Positions 35,912 through 45,538 are shown, counted from the first letter of the stretch. The stretch is DNA of 64,000 nt from Candidatus Kaiserbacteria bacterium (GCA_031430855.1 JANPCG010000013.1:182893-246892); one strand, 5' to 3'. Notes: generated from the letters alone by a model not told the origin. Made by a program: numbers and translations.

Positions 35912-36502
35912 ATGATACTGCGGTATTATTACAGCATGAAAAGAAAACGCCGCGCGGTAGTCATGTGGGCAGTTATTTTAGTATTGTTAGGCCAAGCGGT
36001 GACGTTATGGTACTTTGGTCAGCCATTTTTTTGTGAATGTGGAGAGATAAAGGTTTGGGAAGGGGAGGTTGCATCAGCGGGAAATTCACAACAGCTCACG
36101 GATTGGTACACGTTTTCACACATCATTCACGGCGTTTTGTTTTTTGGACTACTGTCACTGTTCGCGAGGCGGATACCTTTCGGATATCGACTTGTTATTG
36201 CCCTCGGTATAGAAGTTGCGTGGGAGGTGTTTGAGAACACGCCGTGGTTAATTAATCACTATCGCCAACAAGCGTTGGCGGCTGGGTATACCGGAGATAG
36301 TATTTTTAATTCAATTTCTGATAGTGTCGCGATGATTATTGGCTTTATTCTTGCGTGGCGGACTCCGGTGTGGGTGAGTGTAGCTTTTGTAATTGCCGCT
36401 GAGCTATTCGTGGCCTTTATGATTCGTGATGGTTTGACGCTTAACATCATTAATCTCATCTATCCGTTTGAATTTATTCGGGCGTGGCAAATTGGTGGGT
36501 AG
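35912..36502 (+). CDS. polytopic membrane protein, hypothetical
   Basis: Four to five hydrophobic helices. Confidence 0.35.
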   Translation: MILRYYYSMKRKRRAVVMWAVILVLLGQAVTLWYFGQPFFCECGEIKVWEGEVASAGNSQQLTDWYTFSHIIHGVLFFGLLSLFARRIPFGYRLVIALGIEVAWEVFENTPWLINHYRQQALAAGYTGDSIFNSISDSVAMIIGFILAWRTPVWVSVAFVIAAELFVAFMIRDGLTLNIINLIYPFEFIRAWQIGG

Positions 36503-36503
36503 G

Positions 36504-37403
36504 TTAGTCTCGTACTACTACTTGCGTGCCCAGATCAGCCCAATTGTAGAGTCTCTCCGCATCTCTAGGATTTACATTCACGCACCCGTGAGAGTATGGT
36601 TTACCAAAACTCTGATGCCAGTACGCCCCGTGAATGACAGCTCCTTCTTTCGTAAAGTATAAATTCCACGGTACTCCGGGAAGGTCATAGTATTGTTTAG
36701 AAATTCCCGGGAGCGGTCCTTGCATATATCGCGTTGGTGTTTTCATGTAGACAGTAAATTCTCCGCGTGGGGTAGGAGTGAGTTCAAGCCCGGTCGAAAT
36801 TTTTATATCTAGGTATATTTCTTCACCGTTGTAGGCTCGCAATGATTGTTCTCCACGGTCTACGATAATTCGTTTACTGGTAGGGGGTGTGGTATTCGAA
36901 ATCCACTGTGGTCCTTTTTCAGTAAAGGGAATAGTAAACTCGCTTGCGATATACCAGTCACCGCCAACTCGTTCAGAATAACGAAGGGTCTCGTCAAAGA
37001 GTATCTTGTACCAAAGGAGACCATCTTTTTCGATAGCTGCATCTGTATCAGCGCGTAAGACCACATCATTTCTAAGCTTTGTGACAACTGCTGCTTCGAG
37101 ACCTGGACCGCTGCGGATTCGCACACAGTCTCCATTAAAATTGTAGTCACAACTACTCGTGACCATGATGTATGACAAGCGGGGGTACACTTCTGATGTT
37201 AGGGGAGGTTTTGTACGTGGTGCAGTGCTAGTGCTCGAGGTCGCTATCGCCGGAGGTTCTGATTGAATTACCGAGACCACTTTTTTAGTTTGAGCTTTTG
37301 GTGTGTCACTGATGATTGTCCATAGAATTAAGGTAATCAAACCAAGGATGAAAAAAATAATAAGTGCTACTAGGTGCCGGGAATAATACTCAAGTCGTGT
37401 CAT
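36504..37403 (-). CDS. L,D-transpeptidase (YkuD fold)
   Basis: Catalytic AIHGAYWHQSFGKPYSHGCVNV motif. N-terminal TM anchor. Confidence 0.8.
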   Translation of the reverse strand: MTRLEYYSRHLVALIIFFILGLITLILWTIISDTPKAQTKKVVSVIQSEPPAIATSSTSTAPRTKPPLTSEVYPRLSYIMVTSSCDYNFNGDCVRIRSGPGLEAAVVTKLRNDVVLRADTDAAIEKDGLLWYKILFDETLRYSERVGGDWYIASEFTIPFTEKGPQWISNTTPPTSKRIIVDRGEQSLRAYNGEEIYLDIKISTGLELTPTPRGEFTVYMKTPTRYMQGPLPGISKQYYDLPGVPWNLYFTKEGAVIHGAYWHQSFGKPYSHGCVNVNPRDAERLYNWADLGTQVVVRD

Positions 37404-37490
37404 ATCCCTTAAGTATATAGTGGTGGATATAAAAAACGCAGCAATTGACCGTGTTTAAAAAAACGTATGGTGCTTAGTTAAAAGAGTAAG

Positions 37491-38078
37491 ATGGTATACT
37501 TGAAACCTATGTTTCGTAAATATCAAAATATTGTAGCTGTAGGTAGTATTGTGGTTGCAGCCTTCGTCACCCTCACTGCACTGACTCCGTCAGCATTTGC
37601 TCAAGCTACCACTACTGCTACTACCACAGCTAGTTCTACCCCGGTTGGTATTACATGGGAAAATCAGACTGAGGTAGAAAAGCGAGTCCGGGAGCTGTTC
37701 GCTTTCGCGCCTGTAATGATCGAGATTGCTCGTTGTGAATCAAAGTTCCGTCAGTTTACTGATAATGGTAATGTATTGCGGGGCGGTGGAAATGCGGGCA
37801 TGATTGGCGTCTTCCAATTTTATGAAGCAATTCATGCTACCCCTGCACTTGCCCTTGGATTTGATATTACTACTACTGAAGGGAATCTTGGGTATGCACG
37901 GCATCTCTATACCGAATCAGGCACTCGACCCTGGGCCTCATGTGTGCCTGATGTGATACCTATCGCCCCAGTTATGTCTGCGGCAAATAAGGAGTTGCAA
38001 ATTAAACTTCTGACTAAGGTCGTTGCGTTATTACAAGATTTGTTGAAAATGGAGTTAGCAAAACAGAAAGGGAATTAA
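37491..38078 (+). CDS. secreted hypothetical protein
   Basis: Signal peptide and a Thr/Ala-rich linker. Confidence 0.4.
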   Translation: MVYLKPMFRKYQNIVAVGSIVVAAFVTLTALTPSAFAQATTTATTTASSTPVGITWENQTEVEKRVRELFAFAPVMIEIARCESKFRQFTDNGNVLRGGGNAGMIGVFQFYEAIHATPALALGFDITTTEGNLGYARHLYTESGTRPWASCVPDVIPIAPVMSAANKELQIKLLTKVVALLQDLLKMELAKQKGN

Positions 38079-38261
38079 AATTTTATATGAAAAGTCACCT
38101 GTTGCAGAGCTGCCGGCGGGTGATTCGATACTCGACTCTTAAAAGGTGAAATAAAGTTATAGGAGAGATTTCTTGCTTATAAAATTTTTAATAAAATCAT
38201 GAAGCCGCCTGGCAGGGTTACTGCGAGGCGGCTTTGAAGTGAGAGAAGGATCTTGCTATTT

Positions 38262-38792
38262 CTATGCCGAGGCTTTAGCAATCCTTGCTTGTTCTTTGGG
38301 GGTAGCCAGGTCCGTAGACTTGGTAAGGTCGAGGAAGATTGTCCCTTCGATGTGGTCATATTCGTGGAGACATACACGAGCAGCGAGATCGTCGAGGGTT
38401 TCCTCTTCCTGATGGCCATTCCGATTGGTAAACGAGATGGTTAGCGACTTGGGACGTTCAACTCTCCCAAAGATGTCCGGGATACTCAGACAACTTTCCC
38501 AAAGCGTTTCCGTCTCGTCCGAGTACCCAACGATGGTCGGGTTGATAATGGCCTTCGGATCCATCACGAGAGCGTTGGGGTAGCGAGGAGTCGGCCTCGA
38601 AGAGATGATGAAAAGCCGGAGCGGCTGATACACCTGCGGCGCTGCGATGCCGAGACCTTCGGCATCTTGACACGTATACATCATGTCATCGATAAGAGTC
38701 TGGATGTCAGGATCGTGGATGTCTTCGACTTCCTTCGCTTTTCCGCGCAGGATAGGGTGACCAAGCTGGCTGATTTGGAGTAAAGTGGGCAT
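38262..38792 (-). CDS. def: peptide deformylase (copy 1, in a GC-rich patch)
   Basis: GLGIAAPQV, ESCLSIP and HEYDHIEG motifs. Local GC about 55% versus about 45% for the window. Confidence 0.85.
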   Translation of the reverse strand: MPTLLQISQLGHPILRGKAKEVEDIHDPDIQTLIDDMMYTCQDAEGLGIAAPQVYQPLRLFIISSRPTPRYPNALVMDPKAIINPTIVGYSDETETLWESCLSIPDIFGRVERPKSLTISFTNRNGHQEEETLDDLAARVCLHEYDHIEGTIFLDLTKSTDLATPKEQARIAKASA

Positions 38793-39037
38793 GTTGCCCT
38801 CCTCTCAAGGTTTGTGTTTACACTCGTAAGAAAGATCAAACTGATACGTTTCAGTCATATTTGATAATAAAACTAAAAATCGTATCAGTAAAGGGTTGCT
38901 ATAGAAGCTCTTAAAAATATAGCCATTGCTCTTTTTGATATGGTTACTATTTCTTTACATGGAATTTAATCTGTGTACACTACGTAGTGGAATCAGTAAC
39001 TGCTGGTTCTTGAACCGAAAACAATGGAGGTACGAAC

Positions 39038-39574
39038 ATGCCGTGGGATCAAGCGACGTTTGGGGCAGTGAGTGCGGGTTTGCGGCGTAGTGCTGCGGAA
39101 GGGGACTTCGTTCCCTACGAGTGGAATGCTGGCATTCAACACAACAAAGACGGGGGCTACTCGATCTACGGCTGCGGCTTGGGCCAGATTGCTTGGTTTG
39201 CAGCTGTCTTCAAAGGCGGGGCGAAATATGCACGTCAGATGCTGCCTGTCGGCTCTGGGCAGACCGAGGTGAATGTTGTGCTCAAGGCCGTCGGACTGAC
39301 GCGGGCCGAGATCAAGCAGCTGGACCCGCAAGCGCTCTGGTCGCGTTTTGACTACGAACTTGAAGATGCCTATCGTGACCGCAATGATGACCCTGAGCAC
39401 TTCATCGCCATGTCGGGGTGGCTGGCCGAGTTCTTCATCAATGAACTCGAAAGTGTTCCGGTTGTGCCCGAATCGACATTGTCGGTTTCGGTTCCCGCCA
39501 CCAGGTCGTCGATCAAGCTGAAAGACTTCTTTCCGGCATTGTTCGGAAAACAGTCGGTTCCAGAACTGGTCTGA
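39038..39574 (+). CDS. hypothetical protein encoded in a GC-rich (~60%) patch
   Basis: Strong GGAGG Shine-Dalgarno 8 nt upstream. No known family. GC is far above the window average. Confidence 0.45.
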   Translation: MPWDQATFGAVSAGLRRSAAEGDFVPYEWNAGIQHNKDGGYSIYGCGLGQIAWFAAVFKGGAKYARQMLPVGSGQTEVNVVLKAVGLTRAEIKQLDPQALWSRFDYELEDAYRDRNDDPEHFIAMSGWLAEFFINELESVPVVPESTLSVSVPATRSSIKLKDFFPALFGKQSVPELV

Positions 39575-39622
39575 ATCCAGTCAGGAGACAATTCGACCAG
39601 TCTACGGTCGGAAAAAAGCAGA

Positions 39623-39651
39623 AGGAGCGCTCACACTCGGGCGCTCCTTTT
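39623..39651 (+). terminator. rho-independent terminator
   Basis: GGAGCGC-loop-GCGCTCC followed by TTTTT. Confidence 0.7.
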
Positions 39652-39760
39652 TATTATGCTCTGTTTTTTGTCTTTAAAATTTTATATTTTTCTAACACTA
39701 CTACATGGAGTCATGTGGTAGTGCTACACGTTGTCGTGCCTAAGCATAAGTAAAATTACC

Positions 39761-39994
39761 TTATGGTGCAGGAGTTGGAGTTGGAGTTGGGGTAGGAGTG
39801 GGAGTTGGAGTGGGAACTGTGACGTTAATCTCGGTTTTGTCTGAATTTGCTGGGTCGGACGCGGAACCTAACATGCCAGTTTGATAGAGAACGATACCTC
39901 CCACAATGAGCACTGCGATGATGATTACCATGGCGGTTCCTCCCATGCTGCTGTCATCAGAATTCGGTGTATTTGTAATAATTGTGTCAGCCAT
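39761..39994 (-). CDS. small membrane-anchored protein with (Thr-Pro)n tail
   Basis: One TM helix, then TPTPTPTPTPTPTPAP. Confidence 0.4.
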   Translation of the reverse strand: MADTIITNTPNSDDSSMGGTAMVIIIAVLIVGGIVLYQTGMLGSASDPANSDKTEINVTVPTPTPTPTPTPTPTPAP

Positions 39995-40177
39995 AAACGT
40001 ATGAATTAAATTTGTAAATTTGAAAAAATAATTTCTCTATAAATATGCCGTTTTAATGACAAATATGTGACAAAATAGTATAAGCAAAACCCTGTGTGGG
40101 ATTTTTACTTCCCGTTCCTGTGTCTCAATTTACTCATGTATCACAGGTTTTGAAAAACTCAAAAATAAGTTTTGCAT

Positions 40178-40861
40178 CTACTCGGTATCAGTAGCGCGAG
40201 CGAGGGGTTCATTTTTAGTATCCTTAGCCATTGTTTCGTTTTCAGTAATTACTTCATCAGTAACTGCCTCGACGACTGAATCGACAACTGGTATGTGGAT
40301 TCGACTGATGTATAACGAACAGAGAACAACGGCAATGAAGCCCCCAAACGCATCGAGCATCAAATCAATCATTGTGTCGTCTAAGCTCCCGACTTGCATA
40401 TTAGTGCCCAAGAAATTATCAAGGCCATATTCAATAATTTCCCACATTCCACCGATGCCCATACTGAATAAGAAGGCGAAGAGGAGTATAAGTGCACGGG
40501 GGAGTTGTAATTTATTATGTACGTAGTAAATGTATAACAAAAGAAAGCCGATGAATCCAAATGCTATAGCTGAGATGAGATGGAGAAAAGCATCGTACCA
40601 ATGCCAGCGGTCATATAGTCCGCCGAACTGACCGAGAAAAACAGAAATAAAAATAAAAGTAATGACAAAATATATAAAAAAGGCTGGGACGTGAACGTTG
40701 TGAATACCTTTAAATAAATGGGGGATCAGTGAAACAGCGAGCATAAGTGCTCCAGCTACGATCATTACAATATTATCAGTGTATATGGCGTAACTAGTAA
40801 GGCCCACTAAGAGAATGTTTACTAAGCCAAGCTGGATATAATTTTTGTGGAGTTTAAACAT
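40178..40861 (-). CDS. polytopic membrane protein, hypothetical
   Basis: Six hydrophobic helices. Confidence 0.4.
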   Translation of the reverse strand: MFKLHKNYIQLGLVNILLVGLTSYAIYTDNIVMIVAGALMLAVSLIPHLFKGIHNVHVPAFFIYFVITFIFISVFLGQFGGLYDRWHWYDAFLHLISAIAFGFIGFLLLYIYYVHNKLQLPRALILLFAFLFSMGIGGMWEIIEYGLDNFLGTNMQVGSLDDTMIDLMLDAFGGFIAVVLCSLYISRIHIPVVDSVVEAVTDEVITENETMAKDTKNEPLARATDTE

Positions 40862-40991
40862 ACATAGTTGTAAATTGATTCATTTAAATACTAAAAACTG
40901 AATTTAGAATAGGTATCAAGTCGCGTCTACCCAAATTCGCTTAGCGAGGAAGAAAAGGATGCTGTGTTCTGAATGGAATGGATGATGGATG

Positions 40992-41294
40992 CTAGAATAT
41001 TCCAATCCCAAAAGCGAGTACGATTATGGTTATAAATAAGAGAACGACACTGCCAAGGAATAAGTAATCCGCCACCCGCTCATACGTGATTGCTCGTCGA
41101 GAAAGTTGGGAACGGATTGAGAGATATGAAAGAAAAATACTCAACAGAAGTAGTAGTGAAATAGCCGCCATCGAACGCATGATTTCAATATTCTCATTGT
41201 TATCGGTGATATGAATACCGGTAATGATAAAAAAACATATACCCAAGAGATTGGCTGATGTGGTAAGTATGTGGGGGAGTTTTGAGTCGTTCAT
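40992..41294 (-). CDS. small polytopic membrane protein, hypothetical
   Basis: Three hydrophobic helices. Confidence 0.35.
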   Translation of the reverse strand: MNDSKLPHILTTSANLLGICFFIITGIHITDNNENIEIMRSMAAISLLLLLSIFLSYLSIRSQLSRRAITYERVADYLFLGSVVLLFITIIVLAFGIGIF

Positions 41295-41406
41295 GGTGAA
41301 GTATGAAGTATACCTTATTTGGTGTTATGTTTGTTCTCAAACTGGATTATTTTTAGTGAGAAAGAGTTGAAAACGGTTATTTAAAAAACCGCCCTCCAAC
41401 GGTCTT

Positions 41407-41667
41407 TTATAAAGACTGTTGAGGCGGTAAGATTCCCATCTCTTTTGCTGCGGCGCGCATTGCTTCACTAACCTTATTGAGTGCTTCTGCGCGCTCGACC
41501 AGCATTTCGAAAAATGATTCGAATACCGCTGGGCCGAATCCTTCGATAGCGAGAAGTACGCTGGCTGCAATAGCGAACTTGCGCGTGTCTTCGTCCGAAG
41601 ATTTCTTTCCGTCTTCGATCAAAGCAGCGAAGCGGTTCTTCAAAGCTTGGTCCATTTGTTTCCTCAC
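41407..41667 (-). CDS. hypothetical small helical protein
   Basis: Preceded by TTGACA-N17-TACTGT on the minus strand and followed by the terminator hairpin CCGCCCTCCAACGGTCTTT/AAAGACTGTTGAGGCGG. Confidence 0.4.
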   Translation of the reverse strand: MRKQMDQALKNRFAALIEDGKKSSDEDTRKFAIAASVLLAIEGFGPAVFESFFEMLVERAEALNKVSEAMRAAAKEMGILPPQQSL

Positions 41668-41774
41668 TTCATGTTCTGTTCACTTGAAACAGTAGCACAG
41701 TATATGTGCTATGTCAATATTTGGTGTCATAAATTGGGCTGGTTCAGAACTCTTTGTAAATAAATAGAAAATGC

Positions 41775-41871
41775 TATTTAAAAAGAAAACCGCCCTCCGT
41801 CGTAACGAAGTTTGGTTTTCGTTTCCACCCCGCCTAGGACTTTCCACCCCGCCTAGGACTCTCCTAGGCGG
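41775..41871 (-). ncRNA. candidate sRNA with its own promoter and terminator
   Basis: Minus-strand -35 TTGACA (41900-41905), 17-bp spacer, -10 TATTAA (41877-41882). The transcript starts in the 9-bp palindrome CCGCCTAGG-actct-CCTAGGCGG, continues through a tandem repeat (GGTGGAAAGTCCTAGGCGG x2) and ends in GGAGGGCGGTTTTCTTTTT. Confidence 0.35.
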
Positions 41872-41876
41872 AGTCT

Positions 41877-41905
41877 TTAATAGTACAGTATATGTGCTAT
41901 GTCAA
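41877..41905 (-). promoter_or_regulatory. sigma70-like promoter (TTGACA-17-TATTAA)
   Basis: Read directly from the minus strand. A near-identical module is at 41693-41720 upstream of ORF 41407..41667. Confidence 0.45.
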
Positions 41906-41912
41906 TCCCTTG

Positions 41913-42043
41913 CTCCCGGGGCAGGAATCGAAGCTTAACGCTTCAGTACATCCTGTCGCTATTTTGTTCGCAAGGTCCAAAATAAGCAGGCAGGGTCTTC
42001 GAATCCTGACACGAGTGACGTTTAGTCACTCGTTTCCGGGGAG
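41913..42043 (+). repeat. tRNA-end-flanked structured repeat family 2, copy X
   Basis: CTCCCGGGGCAGGAATCGAAGCTTAACGCTTCAGTACATCC ... GCAAGGTCC ... GGGTCTTCGAATCCTGACACGAGTGACGTTTAGTCACTCGTTTCCGGGGAG, followed by the terminator-like hairpin CCACACTTGCGTGTGG. Confidence 0.55.
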
Positions 42044-42583
42044 TATATAAAAGTAAAGACCACACTTGCGTGTGGCCTAAACTTTTATATGCTCCAATTG
42101 TTCTGGTCGATTAGAACTTTTTATATGCACAATGATAGCAGGGTGATGGTGCCTTTTTTAAATGTAACACGTCCCAGTAACTAACCGCCAACACAAGGCT
42201 CGCCTAGCGAGTATTCTTTTTCGCATTCTATCTCTACCTGTGATACTTTCCAGATATACATAGCAGAAATAGCGACACAAAGTATAAGAGCGAAGTACAG
42301 AAACTTTTTCATTAAAGAAATTGTACCATGTCTAATTGCGTACATATGATGTCAATGAAATATCAATGTGGTGTATGTGTTCCGTAAGCTGGACGGGTCC
42401 AGAACTCTTGGTAAATAGATTTAGACAAGCAAATTGGTCACAAATTCAAAGAGAATTGGATTGGAGTGGGATTTTGTATTTTTACCAAAGGCAAGTACTT
42501 CAGAACTTGGGTGTATAAAAAAGAAAAACCGCCGCTTCGTTATGAGACGAAGCGTTGGCTTTTCGTCCCACCGAAGTGGCGGT

Positions 42584-43153
42584 TTACACGTTCACCCAAG
42601 GAGCGGTTGCAAGTATCCACGCCTGTCGCAAATCATCGACAGGCATCAGGTCGCGTAACTTACCCACCGGGTAAAGAGGGCGGTCGTTGGGGTCTTCTGA
42701 TAGAACGATGTGCGCCTCCCCGATATCGACGATGAACGACTTTTCTAATACGTCAAAGCGTTTGATATTCGCCCCGACTACTTGTGGGCTGAACTCGTCC
42801 CACTTCTGGCCTGAGAAGTTGGACATCAGTGGTCTGTGAATGTTGTATTGTTCGGGATGTGCCCCTAGACACTGTCCGTTGACTTTCAACCAGCAAGCGG
42901 CTCCCCATAGACAGAGGATGAGCCATTCTCCAGACTGGCTTTCATCAGCTTCGAGGTTGAAGCCGACGAAGCCAGGACCACCCTGTCCATACGTTCCACA
43001 GGAGGGAGAAAACTCGATAACTTTTCGGCCAATGAGGCTGCCGAAGTCGATATTTCTCCTGAGTGATACATCATTATCGCCGTATGCTCGAATGATCTTG
43101 CTTTCTTTTTTCACGATCGCCTCCGTTTCAAAAGTGTTAAATCCAAAAAACAC
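42584..43153 (-). CDS. hypothetical protein
   Basis: No known family. Followed by a strong terminator (CGCTTCGT..ACGAAGCG nested in AAACCGCC..GGCGGTTT, then T-run). Confidence 0.4.
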   Translation of the reverse strand: MFFGFNTFETEAIVKKESKIIRAYGDNDVSLRRNIDFGSLIGRKVIEFSPSCGTYGQGGPGFVGFNLEADESQSGEWLILCLWGAACWLKVNGQCLGAHPEQYNIHRPLMSNFSGQKWDEFSPQVVGANIKRFDVLEKSFIVDIGEAHIVLSEDPNDRPLYPVGKLRDLMPVDDLRQAWILATAPWVNV

Positions 43154-43275
43154 TATACATTAGATTTGTATAGTGTCAATGTTTTTCTCCCTGGGCAGGA
43201 GTTTCTCCCTCGACTAATTTTCTAGCGAAAATTGTCTAGGCACCGACTCGCTGTTGTTGCACAACATGCTCCGTC

Positions 43276-43318
43276 GTTCGAATCCTGACGAAATGTGCGC
43301 AGGCACATTTCTCCCAGG
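43276..43318 (+). repeat. family 2 partial copy W (right half only)
   Basis: CGTTCGAATCCTGACGAA-[AAATGTGC gcag GCACATTT]-CTCCCAGG. Confidence 0.4.
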
Positions 43319-43362
43319 TCGCTCGTACAGAAAACACCAGACAAAAGATGTCTGGTGTTTTC

Positions 43363-43492
43363 TTTACTCGCTTCCCGGGCAGGATTCGAAGCTTACAGCT
43401 TCGGTACACCTTGCGGATTTTCTTTCGCAGGCTCAAGAAAAATCTCGCAAGGTCTTCGAATCCTGACGAACGTGACATTTAGTCACGTTCTC
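43363..43492 (+). repeat. tRNA-end-flanked structured repeat family 2, copy Y
   Basis: The left end CCCGGGCAGGATTCGAA is identical to 17 nt of the adjacent tRNA-Asn 3' region. Internal GCTTACAGCTTCGGTACACC, CGCAAGGTCTTCGAATCCTGAC and hairpin GAACGTGACATTTAGTCACGTTC. The right end CTCCCGGGGAGCC is the inverted tRNA 3' end. Confidence 0.55.
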
Positions 43493-43502
43493 CCGGGGAG
43501 CC

Positions 43503-43533
43503 AAAAAATCAAAAACCACACTTGCGTGTGGTT
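43503..43533 (-). terminator. rho-independent terminator of tRNA-Asn
   Basis: CCACAC-ttgc-GTGTGG followed (on the minus strand) by TTTTTGATTTTTT. Confidence 0.6.
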
Positions 43534-43547
43534 AAAGATTTTTACGG

Positions 43548-43619
43548 CTCCCCGGGCAGGATTCGAACCTGCGACCAATCGATTAACAGTCGACTGCTCT
43601 ACCGCTGAGCTACCGAGGA
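43548..43619 (-). tRNA. tRNA-Asn (anticodon GUU)
   Basis: Reverse complement TCCTCGG-TA-GCTC-AGCGGTA-GAGC-A-GTCGA-cTGTTAa-TCGAT-TGGTC-GCAGG-TTCGAAT-CCTGC-CCGGGGA-G. Canonical 72-nt cloverleaf, no encoded CCA. Confidence 0.85.
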
Positions 43620-43897
43620 AGGTGGCTACTACTTTTACCTCATCTACACTTTAGTTTCGAATGACTCGATGCGCAGTCGACTTCGTCGACCTTCGTACCG
43701 AAGCTGTCCACTCATTCGTCTCTTTCATTCGCTTCGCTCTGAAAGATATTGAATGAGTCTTGAGAAGTGACATTGAGTCACTTCTCACTAAGCTACCTAA
43801 GGAAGGTGGCTACTTACTTACCAGAAGTTGGTAAGTTGTTGTATTGTACAGAAAAATCGCTAAAACTCAAATTTTCTAAGGGGAAGTCAGTTAGGTA

Positions 43898-44359
43898 CTA
43901 CTTTGTATCGGAATTGGTGCAGATGGCCTTAATTACTTTGAGGAAACCATACAGTTGGGTTGGACTGGTACCCTTTAGCCATTGTCGACTTTCGGCGCGG
44001 AGGAGCGGTTCAACCGTGGTAACGATTTTTTTTCCAGCACTCGTGAGGGTAGAGAGTCGTACTCGTTTATCAACGGTGTCGGGGGTAACACTGACATATC
44101 CAAGCTTAACTAAGGCCTCAACTCGTTTGGTGGTAAAAGGAGCTTCAACCCCTAGCTGATCAGAAAGATCAATCAATCGACAAGGTTTTTCGTTTGTTTC
44201 ATAGAGAATACCTAAAATTGCCCAGTCTACGCTGGTAATAGAGTAGGGGGTCAGTACTGTATCAGTATGGTCCTTAAGTACTCGATGCGCTCGAGCTAAT
44301 TGAAGACCAACTTCATAGGTAGCGGGCGCTTTGATTTTAGGAAATATGCTCTTTATCAT
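43898..44359 (-). CDS. MarR-family transcriptional regulator
   Basis: Winged-helix region LTPYSITSVDWAILGILYE...CRLIDLSDQLGVEAPFTTKRVEALVKLGYV. Confidence 0.75.
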   Translation of the reverse strand: MIKSIFPKIKAPATYEVGLQLARAHRVLKDHTDTVLTPYSITSVDWAILGILYETNEKPCRLIDLSDQLGVEAPFTTKRVEALVKLGYVSVTPDTVDKRVRLSTLTSAGKKIVTTVEPLLRAESRQWLKGTSPTQLYGFLKVIKAICTNSDTK

Positions 44360-44518
44360 GTGAATGTGTTTAGCTTAGATGGTAGGGGAGTTTCTGTAAA
44401 GAGTGGTAAGCAGTGATGCAGCCGCTATTCAGGGGTGTCTCTTGCAAAATTTTACTAGTCATTTATGATGTATATATACTTAACTAGATTAAGTATATAT
44501 TTACTATAACTATACCAT

Positions 44519-45163
44519 ATGAATAATTATGTTATTGCCGGAATTGCTGTTGTGTTATTAATAGGAGGATTTTTGTTGATAAACAACATGAACGACACTG
44601 ACGATACCGTGGCACAAACTGCCGCTATGAATGCTGAAGCTGAGCGCATGGCTGCAGAGAAGAAGCGGAATGATACAAAGATGGTTGACGCTCAGCCGGC
44701 TGCCCCTGTTGGAGTAGAGGTTGGTGGCGCTATGATGGTGCCAAGTCTTGATATTGTTGATAACGCTGCCAAGGCTTCAAACGTAACGACAGTCGTAGCT
44801 GCAGTGAAAGCGGCGGGCTTAGTCGATACCCTGAAGGGTCCTGGTCCATTTACCGTATTTGCACCAACCAATGATGCGTTCGCGAAGCTTCCTGCTGGTA
44901 CTGTCGATACGTTACTTAAACCCAGCATGAAGGCGGACCTCACCAGTATCTTGACCTATCACGTTGTGTCTGGTCGGTATACTGCGGCTGATCTTAAAGA
45001 TGGTATGACACTTAAAACGGTTAACGGTGCTACCCTAAAGATCACTGTTGTTGGCGGAAAAGTTATGATTAACGGTAATGCTATGGTTGAAACAGCTGAT
45101 GTGATTTCGAGTAACGGTGTCACACACGTGATTGACACTGTCTTGATGCCACCAAAAGCGTAA
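44519..45163 (+). CDS. fasciclin (FAS1) domain protein, membrane anchored
   Basis: [22 protein letters not shown] and LTYHVV are FAS1 signatures. N-terminal TM helix. Confidence 0.8.
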   Translation: MNNYVIAGIAVVLLIGGFLLINNMNDTDDTVAQTAAMNAEAERMAAEKKRNDTKMVDAQPAAPVGVEVGGAMMVPSLDIVDNAAKASNVTTVVAAVKAAGLVDTLKGPGPFTVFAPTNDAFAKLPAGTVDTLLKPSMKADLTSILTYHVVSGRYTAADLKDGMTLKTVNGATLKITVVGGKVMINGNAMVETADVISSNGVTHVIDTVLMPPKA

Positions 45164-45250
45164 CGTCAGTTATTAGGAAACTAAAAAACAAGACCCCTTA
45201 CCGGGGTCTTGTTTTTTAGTAATGATTAGAGTGATATACTGTATGCAACT

Positions 45251-45538
45251 ATGCTTAATCTTTTTATAAAACCCTATTGTCCATATTGCGCGCGAGTTAT
45301 TGCGGCGAATGAAACCATTAAGGCGCCTGTCGAATGGCTCGATATTACGAGTAATTCTCATATCAAAGCTGATCTGCTTGATAAGGGTGGTAAAACTCAA
45401 GTGCCGTTTTTAGAAGATACCGAAAAGGGAGTTATGATGTATGAATCGGATGACATTATTGCGTACCTTCATGCGCATTATGGTAGGGGCACAGAACCAA
45501 ATGTGCCGAAAGCGGGGAATGTCTGTCCGATTGAGTAA
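45251..45538 (+). CDS. glutaredoxin-like protein
   Basis: CPYC active site, TQVPFL (cis-Pro region) and a thioredoxin-fold length. Confidence 0.8.
   Translation: MLNLFIKPYCPYCARVIAANETIKAPVEWLDITSNSHIKADLLDKGGKTQVPFLEDTEKGVMMYESDDIIAYLHAHYGRGTEPNVPKAGNVCPIE

Noticed and set aside
43445-43485. Hammerhead-ribozyme-like CUGACGA followed by a hairpin in family-2 repeats
   Set aside because: The conserved GAAA after stem II is absent (the sequence continues TCTCC), and no stem I/III arrangement fits.
41300-43900. tmRNA, RNase P RNA or SRP RNA in the ORF-poor island
   Set aside because: None of the universal cores were found by eye (RNase P P4 AGGAAAGUCCGGGCUCC-like, SRP domain IV GGAAGCAGCC, tmRNA tRNA-like 3' end with CCA-proximal G:U acceptor). 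Only the family-2 T-loop mimics are present.
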